DNA of 54,457 bases from Chromera velia (lineage: Eukaryota), in contig JAHBMJ010000142.1 in NCBI GenBank assembly GCA_018398765.1, positions 1 through 54,457 on the forward strand, read 5' to 3'. Below the pieces are notes generated by a model, which had not been told where the DNA came from, ran no database searches, and saw nothing but the letters and a program-made list of their open reading frames with translations. The position numbers and the translations under genes were made by a program. This document shows, one piece after another, positions 13,077 to 24,985 of the stretch. The first letter of the stretch is position 1, and every line of letters begins with the position of its first letter.

Positions 13077-14665
13077 TAATGAGTGAGGTCTGCAGGTTGG
13101 ACGGAATCAAGTGTCCCTTCCCCCGTGCAAAGTTTATGAAGGGAAAGCACGGGAACATCAATTACGACCTCTCCGGAATGCCGCGAGGCCCTCTGGTGGG
13201 CTCTTGTTCTGTTTGGATTTGGTTTGGCGGGGTTGGGGGTGTGTGTGTTGGTGTTTGTGTGTGCGCGCGCGTGAGAGAGAGGGGNCCTCTTGCTTGTGAG
13301 AGCCCTGTCTATCCATCCCCTCTTGCTTGTGAGAGCACTTTCTATCCATCTCCTCTTGCTTGTGAGAGCACTGTCTATCCATCTCCTCTTGCTTGTGAGA
13401 GCCCTGTCTATCCATCCCCTCTTGCTTGTGAGAGCACTGTCTATCCATCCCCTCTTGCTTGTGAGAGCCCTGTCTATCCATCCCCTCTTGCTTGTGAGAG
13501 CCCTGTCTATCCATCCCCTCTTGCTTGTGAGAGCACTTTCTATCCATCTCCTCTTGCTTGTGAGAGCACTGTCTATCCATCTCCTCTTGCTTGTGAGAGC
13601 CCTGTCTATCCATCCCCTCTTGCTTGTGAGAGCCCTGTCTATCCATCCCCTCTTGCTTGTGAGAGCACTTTCTATCCATCTCCTCTTGCTTGTGAGAGCA
13701 CTGTCTATCCATCTCCTCTTGCTTGTGAGAGCCCTTTCTATCCATCCCCTCTTGCTTGTGAGAGCACTGTCTATCCATCTCCTCTTGCTTGTGAGAGCCC
13801 TGTCTATCCATCCCCTCTTGCTTGTGAGAGCCCTGTCTATCCATCCCCTCTTGCTTGTGAGAGCACTTTCTATCCATCTCCTCTTGCTTGTGAGAGCACT
13901 GTCTATCCATCTCCTCTTGCTTGTGAGAGCCCTGTCTATCCATCCCCCCTTGCTTGTGAGAGCACTGTCTATCCATCTCCTCTTGCCTGCTTGTGTGTGT
14001 GTATGTGTGTGTGTGTGTGTGTGGGCGCGAGCGAGGGTGTGAGAGGGCGTTGGATCTTAATGCTTGACAATGTTTGGCTTTTTTGTTGCTGGCTGGTTGG
14101 TTGCAGGTTGTGTGTCTGCACGGACTGAATGGGACACGCCAGACTTTCCAGGACCTTCAAGATGTCTCTGCTCGGAGAAGCGGTTTCCGTCTCCTCACAT
14201 TTGGTCTGTCCGTCCGTCTCTTGTTCGAACGCCAGTTGGTCCATTTCAGTCCTCCGTTGGCTTGTTGTTTTTCTGTCTGTGGGTTGATTGCTGCATGCCC
14301 TTGGTGACCTGCCTGGTTGGAGTTCGGCAAATGGAAAGAAGAATGAAATGAAATGAATTTAAGTACTTCACACGCCAGTCGGTTGGTTGGTTGGTTGGTT
14401 GGTGCATTTTCATCTATCTCGATGGATTGCTTGATGAAAGAAGATCATTCCTTCCTTCCTTCCTTCTTTCGTTCCTTCCTTCCTTCCTTCTTTCGTTCCC
14501 TCCTTCCTTCCTTCCTTCCTTCCTTCCTTCTTTCGTTCCTTCCTTCCTTCCTTCCTTCCTTCCTTCTCTCGTTCCTTCCTTCCTTCATGCATGCATGCAT
14601 GTGGTGAGCCGGCGGCCAACGAATGAAGCGTTCTGAATTATCCAGGTCTCTCTCTCTCTCTCTCG

Positions 14666-14723
<58 letters not shown>

Positions 14724-16335
14724 ACGAATCAGTGAGTGTGTGACTGGGTGACTGAGTGCAGACTTTTACGGCCACGGTCTCTCCAGTGCTCCACGGCATC
14801 GGCCAGGCAAGAAAACTTACGGCCTCAAATTCTTCGTCGACGTCAGTCACCCAGGCAGTCAGTGGGTTGGTGGGTCACTGACTGAGTGAGTGAGTGAGTC
14901 AGAGGTTGAATGATTTAGTCAGAGAGACATGTATTTTTTCTTTGAAGAGAAAAGGTCCCCCCTACGATATGAACAGGTGAAAGGGAGAAAGGTCCTTGTT
15001 TAAAAGGTGACACAAAAACACGATGTAGAAGACCAGAGGCAGCCGGAAGCAAACAGGCGCAACCAGAAACAACCAGAAAAAAGGAAGCGTCAGATCGTTG
15101 TCCATCGCTCTCAAGAGCTGAAAGAACCAACAGATGAAAGAAAGAACCAATGAGTGTGTACATGCACGGACGAGCGAATGAATGAATACCTGCAGCAAGT
15201 GAACGAGGTACTGGAACAGGAATCGCTCATGGAGGAGCGGCTCGACCTCGTTGGCTTCTCTATGGGTGGGTCACTGGGCGCTTGTGCTTCTGTCTCTCTC
15301 CGTGTTCCAGGCTCCGAAGAAACCCTTCCCCTGCGCGCCAAAAGAAAAAGGGGCTAAGCCAGTAATGTCAAAGCGACCAGACAGACGGACAGACACACGG
15401 ACAGAAAGAAAGATAGATGGGAAAAAAGAAAGGAGAAAAGGAAAAAACTGAAAGAACGAAAGAAGGAATACAAAGCACCTTACAGCCTGTCTCTCTTTCT
15501 CTCTCTGTCTATTTCGGTTGGTGACTCTCTGACCATGCCAAGTGGTCGTGACGTCAGATGGGATCGCGGCAGTTGAGAGAAAGAAAGACAGAACAGCTGG
15601 CAGACAGAGAGACAATATGGTTTCAGACATACAGAAAGATGGACAAGAAGAACACAGAGGTAGGCAGAGAGAGAAGCGACAGAAGAGAGAGAAACCTCTG
15701 GAAGCATTCACTGAAAGAGAGAAGGAAGCACTTTTGCCTGCCGGAAAGACGTCACTCTCTTCCTTCAAGTATCTCTCACTCTGTTTCCAGACCCGCAATG
15801 AAAGTGCCCGCTTGCTTTTCGTCGATTCACTGTTTCAATTTTTGTATTTAATGCATTGCATTGTGTGTGGATTCGTCCATTCAGGTTGTTGCATCGCCAT
15901 CGCCTACGCTTACTACTTCCCAGAGAAAGTGAAAAAACTCGCGCTGATCTCCCCAGCAGGATTTCTTCAAAAGAAGCCTGTGCCTCTGAAGTCAGTCAGT
16001 CAGTCAGTCTGTCTGTCTGTCTGTCTGTCTGACAGGAATGCAGATAGGGAGGGAGGGAGAGAATTCTGAGAAAAGGTTGCATGTCAAAAAAAGAGTTCTT
16101 CGTTCTGGTGTCCGTCCGTCCGTCCATCTCCCTGCATGTATGTCTCTACTTCTCTACTTCTGCAGTTCTCTTTGTCTGTCCGTCGATCTGTTTCTGCCTT
16201 CTTCCGTCCCTCCTTTGCTCTTTCTTTCTTTCCTCTCTCGTCCTTCCGCCCTTCCATCTTTCTGTCCATCTGCGACTCCTTTCCTCTATCTTGTGCTGTG
16301 TGCCTGCGTATCTACATAGACGTGCCTCGCGAATC

Positions 16336-16372
<37 letters not shown>

Positions 16373-19300
16373 ATTGATACGTGTATGGATATATTCATGG
16401 GCCGATGATTCTACATGCATGCTTCGTCTCGCTATGTGTGGCCGCCTTTCTGTATTTGCTTGCTTGCTGCAGGCTGTTGCAGGGCTGCCCCTGCTGTGTG
16501 GGCTGTCTGCCCGGGTGCGTGTCGAGGTGCTGCTTCCGGAAAAAAGGTTTCGCAAAGGTATGTCTTGTCAGTCAGTCGTCCGTGTCTTCCTTCCTTCCTT
16601 CCTTGCAAGCCTGGATCTGAATCCCTTTCTTCCCTTCCTTGGAAGCAGAATTAATGTTGTCCCTGCCGCTGAGTGTGTCTGCACATAAGCACGTTGTCTC
16701 TATTTTTCATTCGAAACTTTGAACCAACCTGCCCCCTCCCTCTGTGGTCTTTCTTTCTTTGTTTGTGGTGGGTTTGCGCAGAAATTCAGTGCGAACGAAA
16801 AGAAGAACGGCCTGGTCGACGCTCTGTGGAACCGAATGATGTGGCAGGTACGTCTTTCCGTCCGTCCGTCCAACGGTAGCTTGCTTCAGCCTCTTTCTTT
16901 TCTTTTCAATCAGTCGGTGCTTTTAATTTCTCTTGTTCAATCATACCGGGTGATTCTCTCTGCTGTCATGCATGCACTTCATCTGTTTGTACCTGTGCAT
17001 GTGTGTGTGTATGAATTCGATGTGTGATGATGCTCCCCCTCTGCAGTTGTTCGTGAAGAAGGGCATGATCAGCGCCTTCCTCGGGTGCGTGACTCAGATC
17101 CCCATGTGGAACCTGGAGCCGATGGCCAAGCAGGTGGGGGCGTGCGACCGGGCCGTGCTCCTGTTCTGGGGCAAGCAGGACACGGTGTGTCCAGTGGAGG
17201 TCGCCGGGAAGGTCCAGGAATGCTTCGCCAACAGCCACCTGATCACCTTCTCTCCCTGTTCGCATCTCGTCCTTGCAGACCAAGTCAGTCGATCAGCCAG
17301 TGACTGACCTTTGTGGATCATTGCGTGGAAAGGAGAAGTCCGTTTTCTTGCTTCCATTTGGATTGATTCGATCATCTCTGCTTTCTTTCTTTCTTTCTGC
17401 ATGGGGGGAACTTGTTCCTCCTTCAGTTGATTCCTTCCTTCCGCACTTTCCTGCTGCTTGTTTTCTTTCATCTATGCCTTTTGAAACGCACAGCTAACCA
17501 CGCGAGCGAAATTTGCTGAATCAATGCAGAAAGAGGATATTAGATGACAGTCAGTGAGCGAGTGAGCAATTGAGCGTGTTTTTGGAGATATACGTGCCTA
17601 CATGTCTGTAGGCTTTGGTGCTCGTGTGCTTTAAGTGCGTTCAAAATCAGGCCTTTTCTGTGTTCCTCCCCTACCTTCCTCCCTTTCTCCCTTCCTTCTA
17701 TGCATGGAAGAAGAAATCTCTGACGCAGTGCTTCTGCATGTACGCTGCCTAGCTGCATGTTTCGCTGCCTGGCTGGCTTGCTGGCTAGCTCACTGTTTGA
17801 CTCACCCACTCCCTGCAGATCTTACGATGCAGACCCCTGGTTTGAATTCGCACACTGTTCTTTTGTTTCCCCCCCTGACTTTTCCTTCCTTCCTTCCTTC
17901 CTCGTTTTTCTCTGCCTCTCTTCATCCGGAGTGGGTCCCATTCTCCATGCAAGAGTGCGTCTATCTTTCCGTGTGTGGTCGTGGTCGGGGGGGNNNNNNN
18001 NNNNNNNNNNNNNNNNGGGGGGGGGGGGGAGGAGTTGGAGACTGTGCGTCATGTCTGGTGTCTTTTCTCTTCTCTTGTCTTCTCTTGTCTTTTGTTGTGA
18101 TTGTGCAAGCAGCCGGCAGGGTCGATTTTTTCGATCCTGCGCTTCCTGACGTTTTCCGACAACGCGTCAATGTCGGAGTCCAGCAAGGCGCTGCCGTTCG
18201 ATGAAAGCGGCCACCCCAGGAGCCTGCTTCCCCCCTCACCTCCGCGGCATGCAGGGGGGGCCGCTCTTCCCCTGTTGGCGCGCGCTCATGGCCACGCCCA
18301 TGCGGGCATGAGGGGAGAGCTCGTGCAGCCCCCCAGGCCTACCCACGATGACGTTTCTCCGGTTTTCTCACAGTCTCCCGTACGTGAACGCAGCGATAGT
18401 GGCAGGAAGGCCGAAGGAGGAGGGGACGAGGGGGGGGAACAGAAAGAGAAAGAGAAAACAGACGACCAAGAGAAAGATGGGAGAACTAGGAGTTCTCCGA
18501 GTCGAACCGCTGGGTTGTCCGTGGCTCGCCTTGAGGGGGGCACAGGGAGAATGAACAAGACGGAGGTGGAGAAGGGAGGGGATCTCGGAGACGGGGTCGG
18601 TTGTCTTGCCTCTTCCTCCTCTTCCTTTGCCGAGGGTCGAGGCAAAGAGGAAGGAAGGTCAAAGGACATAAGGCTGCTGCCGGGGGCTCGGGGGGATTTT
18701 TTCTCTTTTTCGTCCTCTGCTGCTGCTGCTGCTGCTGAAGAAGAAGAAACGGAACCACAAGGGGAGGGAAAGAAGGGGGGAGAAGAGGCTCGTTGCAGTG
18801 ACAGGGAGGGTGTGGAGTGGGCTGTGAAGCCAAATAGAGGACACGGAAACAGCAGCAGAGCTGGGGGACAGTCTGAACAGTCAGTTGAATGGAGATCGAG
18901 GAAGCGAAACTGTAGGACCTTTTGCATCTGACCCCCCGCTTTTCGCTCTGAATGGATGCTTCTCTTTGAAGGCTCAGTTGAGAATGGAAGAGACAGACGA
19001 TGCCTTACTCGGGCACGCGAACAGAAGCCTTCTTTCTTTTCTTCTTTCACTCACTTGCGTTTGGTGTTCTATCACGCTCTCGTAGTCCTTTTTTCTTTCT
19101 TATTCGTTGGTCAGCTCTCTGCCCTTTTTCCTCGGAATGTGTATCCGTCTGTCTCTATGTGGGACGACCCTGTCTCCCTGTCTCTGTCTGACTCTTTGTG
19201 CGTCTGGCTGCTTGCGTCTGGCTAGAGTGTGTCTGCATCTGTGAACATGCGCGCATGTGTGTGTGTGTGTGTGTGTGTGTGAGTGAGTGAGTGAGTGATT

Positions 19301-22300
19301 ATGTGTGGATATGAACGATTCGTTCTGCTTTCTGTGTTCAAAACCGTCTGCCTGCAGAGATGGCGAGGGTCAGCCTGTGGTGGGACGCGGCAAAAGCCCC
19401 CCCCTCAGGCCCTGGATAGGTCCTGTGGTGTCTCCTCGGACGCCTTCTCGGCAGGAGAGGGAGAGCAGAGACAGAGATAGAGAGAATTTTAATTCAGGCA
19501 GGAGGATTACATCAGAAAGCGGGAAAGGAAAAACGAAAGATGGAGAGACAACAGCAGAAAGAGAGAGACTCCTCGAAGGGGAAGGGAAAAGAAATTCACC
19601 CCCTACCAGTCAGGAGGGGGTTGGTCCGAGCCCATTGAGAGTCTCTAATGTGAAAGTTGTCCCCATGCCCCCCATACAGGCAAGCGCTCGACCCGACTCC
19701 TTTGCAAGGGAATCCCTCCACACTCCTCAGAGTGACCAGGGAAGGGGACGAAGCAGCGGCTCCGCCCAGAAGGGGAGGGGGGGAGAGAGAGGCAGCGGCA
19801 GCTCCCGGCCTTTTTCCGCTCAGGAGCCGCTCGGGGGCACAGCAGCACACCCCGAGGGGTTTTCCCTTCCCCCCCAGATGATTGTGTCCAATTCGCACCT
19901 TTCCTCTACCCCTCCCTTTGCACACACACAGTCGTCACCCTCAAAAAGAGACCCCCTTCCCCCCCGCACAGTAGTAGTAGCAGGGGGTGCGGGGTCTGCT
20001 GAACCTTTCCAGCAGGAGATCCAACAGAAAGAAACACAAACAAGAGAAAAGAAGCGCATGATTCTTTCAGACGGGTGGGGACCCGTCTCTCCCTCTCCCT
20101 TCTCCGTCTCTCGGCATGGAGGACGGGTGCATTTACTCTCGCATGCACGGGAGGAGGCTGCAGAGGCAGAGGCAGAGGCTGACAGCAAGGCAGCCAGTCT
20201 GGACAGCAGCAAGGCGGGGGAGAGTTTCGAGGACACTCAATTCCCGATCTCGGGACTAGGAGCGTTCCTCCTTGACCAGGGGAAGGCACAGGCCCACCGT
20301 GCATCAACCGCCTACACGTACATATCTGACGAGACGAATGAAGAAATTCCGGGGCCTGCCCATCCGAAAGCTCCGCCCGTCTGGCGCTCCTCTCACGTCT
20401 CCACCGCTCTTCTGTCGGGCGGCGCCGCCTGTCCCTTCACTGCCGGCCCCTCGGGAGGTCTCTCTCTGTCTCCTTCACGTCGCCCGTCAGTGGCACACAG
20501 CAGCAGTGCGGCCGCAGGAGAGCCTGAGGAGAAAGAGAAACTAAGGGGAGCGGGGGGGAGAGTCCTCCTCCTCAAGGCTCACCACGAGCAGACACACCAT
20601 GCAGTACCCCCCTCTCTCTCTCTGTCTGCCTCCTCCTCTCTGAATGCGTCTCTCTCTCTCTCCCTGCCCGTCTCTGCTCCAACAAAGCAGGAGCAGGTGC
20701 AAACAGAATGCAGCGAGCATGAGTCTAGTGCACCGGCAGTTACGGGCAATTTGCAAGGGATTCCAGGTGGTGCGAGTGGGGGGAGTGCGTGGGAGTGGGA
20801 GGGCTTCGTTCGTCCTTCCTTGGGGGGTCTGCAGACGCCCCGGGTCCTCGTCAGGGACCGGAGAGAAAGAGAGGGACGGTCAGCATCTGCGGGTTCGAAG
20901 GGGTTTCCTCCAAGAGGGGGCATGGGGTTGGGGTTCGGGGGCCTGCCTCAAGCTGTTTCTTCTCGGGGAGAGGGGGAGGCGGAGGGGGTTCCTTTGAAAC
21001 AGCAGAGAAGAGAACGGGGATACTCAGCTGGAGCAAAAGAAGGGGGGAGACCGTTTTTTCGTCAGTCGGCAACAGAAACTGACGCGTCTGCGTCTTCGTC
21101 TCCCCCCGAGCGAAAGATTGACTTGGATGCGCGTGGGTGGGAGATCTTTTGGGGGGGAGGGGGGGGTTGGGGTAGGTCGGGAGAAGGGGAACAGGAGGGA
21201 GAGGGAGAGAATGGGGGCGCTTTTTGTCCCGCCTCTTTGCCCCCGTTTAGCTCTGCAGGGGGAGGGGCCGAGGTTGCAGATGAAGGAGAAGTGGGTCAAC
21301 GAATTCTTGAGAGAAGAGGGGGGCAGACAGAAGAAGAAGAAAAGAGCAAGGTCAAGGGTGAAAGAGAAGAGGAGAAGAGGGGTACTTTGAGCTTCTCTGG
21401 TCCTGTCTCCCTCTTTAACGCAGTCTCCCGTTCTGCCCATCTCCCTTCAAATGACTCATCTGCTTCTGCTTCGTCTCTTCAGCCCACTTCCTCCTCCTGT
21501 GATCATAAACGAAAAGAGGGACATGAAAACGAGCGGCAGAAAGAAGAAGAAACGGCAGTAAGAGAAGAGGGCCATGTCTGTCCCGGAGAGCCAACCCCTC
21601 GTTTCGTCTCCATTGCCAAAGGCGAAGAAGGAGACAAAGTCAGGAGATACAGAAGTGTAGACCCTTCCATTTTTCCGCAGACTGAGAGCTCAAGTGAGGT
21701 CTCCAAAATGAAAGAGAATGGCATTGCCAGTGAAGACATGAAGAAGACCCTACAGTCCCTGTCAGAGGTCCAACAGAAAATTCAGCCTGACCTCTTCGCT
21801 ATTCACATCCTTGCTCCCAAACCCGCAATTTCACCGCCAGGTTCTGCCCCCTCTCTTTCCAACTACTCAGCCGGAGACAGAGATAGAGAGCTCCCTCTTT
21901 CTCCCTCCCGTTTGCCCTGTTGCGAGACACAAACTCAAACCTCTTCTTCTCCCGCCGCAGTTGCGCACGCTGAGCCCCCCTCTGCATCTCCCTCTGTGCC
22001 TGCTCCCGCTTCGCTGACTGACTCACGCCCTCAACCTGTCCCAGACTGTCTTTCTCCCTCTCCCTCTTCCTCTCCCCAGGGAGTTCTGAGTGGTACCACT
22101 CGGGCCTCTGGCGGCACCCTGCCAGTGCATGTGGCGGGAGGAGGAGGAGGAGGAGAGGGCCGGCAGGGACTCTCACACAGCCCCCCCCATCTGCTGCAGC
22201 AGCAGCCTGACTGTGAAGGTGCATGGGAGGGGGGGGAGGGGACAGGGGGGCCGTCTGAGAGTCTCCTGCAGGAGGAGTTTGCCGTCTTCCTTGAGTGTTC

Positions 22301-23996
22301 GCACGGACTCGGCAGTTCAATACGGCCGTCTGCTGGGGGGGGCCGCTCAGGCCGCCAAAGAAGCAAGAGCAGACCGAGAGCGGCTGCGAGAGAGGTGGGG
22401 GTAGGGGGTGTCCTAGAAGAGGCCGAGGCAGTAGGAGAGAAGGGGAGAGAGAAGGAAGAAGAGAAAGAGAGGATGCGAATTGCGGCCTCAAGGAGAAGAA
22501 GAGCCGAGTCTGCTGTCCATGAAATGAAAACTTCACTCACTGGAAACAGATCTTCTTCTGCCGTCTCGTATCGCCCCTCTTGTTTGCGTACACGGAACGG
22601 ACAGCGACAAGATCACCCAGACGAAGAAGAAGAAAACATGTGCGACGATGAAGATTCACACAGCAGTGCCTCAGATGTCCGCTGCCATCCTCACTCTCTC
22701 TCTCTCTCACGCACCCAGACACATCAATGCAGTCACCAAGAGCACGACGGGGGAGAGAAAAAGAAGCACAACGGGAGAACCTCCCCCCGGCCCCCTACCC
22801 CTCTAGAGTCTTCTGACAGAGGCAGAGGCAGACACAAAGGAGGCGCCCCCTTGCAGACTGATGAAGTCCTGCCTGTTCAAGGCGGAGGAGGGGGGAGAGA
22901 GAGAGAAAGGGGAATAAATCATGGTCAAAAGAGGGGAAAGGAAAAAGGAAGCGAAACGCAGCCACAACAGAATAGGGGGATACAGCAGAAATCCAACAGG
23001 GGTCTTGGAGGGTGGGGATGGAGATTTGGGAGCCGTCGGGCGTCTTCTTGTTCTTCGACTTCCGACCTCTCTCTGCTGCACACACACTCCCAACCAGACG
23101 CTCCTCCAACCACGTTAGGGGAGTGCAAAGGTTTGCAGCTTTCTCACACAGAAGAGATGAAAAGAAATCAGTGGAAAGGGAATGGGAACACGGGGGGGGG
23201 GGGGGGAAGGGGAAAAAGCAGAGAGGGGGGGAAAGAAAAAGAATGGACAGGCCCGAGAGTATCCTGGGTAGATCCCTTAGACAGACCCCGCTCTCCTTTT
23301 CCTCTGATTCGGCCTGAGGCTCCACCCCCTTCTGCTCCTGCAGATGCCACTGCTGCCGGTGCTTCTTCTTCTTCTTCTTCTTCTTCTTCTTCAAGCGCTG
23401 CCCCCGATGGTTCTCTCCATTCCCCCCCTTCCTTTGCCTTTTCCTTCTCCGCCCACGAAAACAAAAACAAAGCGGGGGAGAGGGTGCTTCATGGGATTGA
23501 GGAGAAGCTACCACCCGCAGGAGAGTGGAAACCCACGCCCACCCACGCCCCACACACCCAAAAAAGCGTCTCTGCCTCTGCTGCTTCTGCATCGGCCTCT
23601 TCTTCCCTTCTCTGTTTCTCTCCTCCTTCAACGAACAAAAACGAAAAAGAGAAAGAGAAAGAGGGCCGTCGGGACGGAGACGGGGGCTCGTCGGGGGGAC
23701 ACACAGGGGAAGAGGAAGAGCCCACTGCGCGTGCAGCCGCCGTGCAAAAGAATGGTGCAGTGACGCAGCAGAGTTGGCAGCAGACGGTAAAAAGAAAGAG
23801 CCGAAGGAGGAGCACGGAATCCAACGACCGGAGGGAGAAGGAAAGTGGAGACCCGATCGAAAAACAAGATGAGGAAGAGAGAAAAGACAGAGGTGTGAAA
23901 GGCCAGAAGGAGGAGGAGCAAATGGAAGAAGAGAGTTTCCTTCATGCGCCGTTGAGCCTTTTGCCTCACGCCCTCCCGTCTCCCCGTCCAAATTGA
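12528..23996 (+). CDS. Alpha/beta-fold serine hydrolase (apicomplexan ASH/Ppt1-like type) fused to a very long low-complexity C-terminal tail, ~2,121 aa, 11 exons
   Basis: Phase-consistent exons 12528-12646, 13096-13195, 14107-14203, 14762-14841, 15196-15265, 15885-15990, 16473-16557, 16782-16847, 17047-17283, 18113-18879, 19358-23996. Motifs: VVCLHGLNG (oxyanion), FDFYGHGLS, LVGFSMG (GxSxG nucleophile), WGKQD (acid), CSHLVL (His). Subfamily assignment is from recalled resemblance only. Confidence 0.85.
13286..13988. repeat. 33-bp minisatellite, 21 full copies, in hydrolase intron 2
   Basis: Unit CCTCTTGCTTGTGAGAGC(C/A)CT(G/T)TCTATCCATC(C/T), contiguous with no spacers. An N at 13285 precedes it, so the array may be longer. 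Confidence 0.95.
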
Positions 23997-24745
23997 CATG
24001 CAGGCTCGATCTTTCGTTTCGCGTTGGGTTGGTAGAGTCCCCAGTAGACCGCAAGCTTTCGCTGTCAGCTTAGCCTCCCCCTGAGACCCCTTTTATACCC
24101 TGAAATCATATTTTCTAAATAAAATTTACTAGAAAGTTTATATTTCATCAGAAAATATCGTATATACAAAACTTAATTTATCTAAAAAACTATAGTCTTA
24201 TAGATGTTAGCATAGCATAGCCTTGTTATTATTTATAAAGTTTAAAAGTGAAATAAAGTTTAAAGTCTGCTTTCAAACCATGATTGATTAGTTGAATCAA
24301 TATTGACTGGTTCCGCGTTAAGCCTTCCCGCTATATGAATTGTGAATTTAATATTCATAAAACCTTTTTAATTTCAATTGAAAATATATTAAAACTTAGC
24401 TTTAAAACAGACTTTAAAATATGTCTTCCCCCTTCTAGCTCCCTTTCAAATCCACGTAATTTAAATATGAATTTAAACATTTATGATTTTTAAAGGAAGT
24501 TTTTTATGGGTGAAAGAAAGTGAAAAAAACTGCCCTCAAGTTAAAGCTTTTCAATTGTAAAACTATAAAATCAACTTACGTTTTGAAAAAGGTTTTAGAA
24601 TTTAAAGTTTAAAAGCACACTTTATAATACAAATAGCTTTACAGACTAGTTTGCAGATAACATTTAGCTATACCGCGTTCAACTGAAATTTGCACAACGC
24701 ACTTAATTCAGATTAATTTCGAACGAAAAAAAATGAGTTTTGAAA

Positions 24746-24985
24746 TGTATGCTGGGGGCCCCCAACATGTTGGGGAAGGGGCCCCGGTACTCCACTTGCA
24801 TACCCAACGACTTTCCGGGGCCCGATTCAATTTGTTCGAAATTCAGATTCACGTCTGACGGACTGAATTTCGTCAGATGTGAATCTGAAGTTCGAACAAA
24901 TTGAATCAGGCCCCGGAAAGTTGTTGGGCATGTAAGTGGAGTGCCGTGGCCCCTTCCCCAACATGTTAGGGGCCCCCAGCATATA
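24746..24985. mobile_element. 240-bp fold-back palindrome (hairpin/MITE-like)
   Basis: Arms 24746-24860 and 24871-24985 (115 bp each) are reverse complements with 10 mismatches and no gaps, around a 10-nt loop. GC-rich island in an AT-rich spacer. Confidence 0.75.

Noticed and set aside
12971..14128. Long repetitive ORFs (PLACES.., MDRQ.SHKQE.., LLVRALSIH..) or a CRISPR-like array
   Set aside because: Contiguous 33-bp minisatellite with no unique spacers. It is open in several frames only because 33 is divisible by 3, and it lies inside a well-supported intron.
19305..23996. 1,563-aa ORF as an independent gene
   Set aside because: It has a good acceptor at 19356-19357 in phase with the hydrolase donor at 18880, so it is treated as that gene's last exon.
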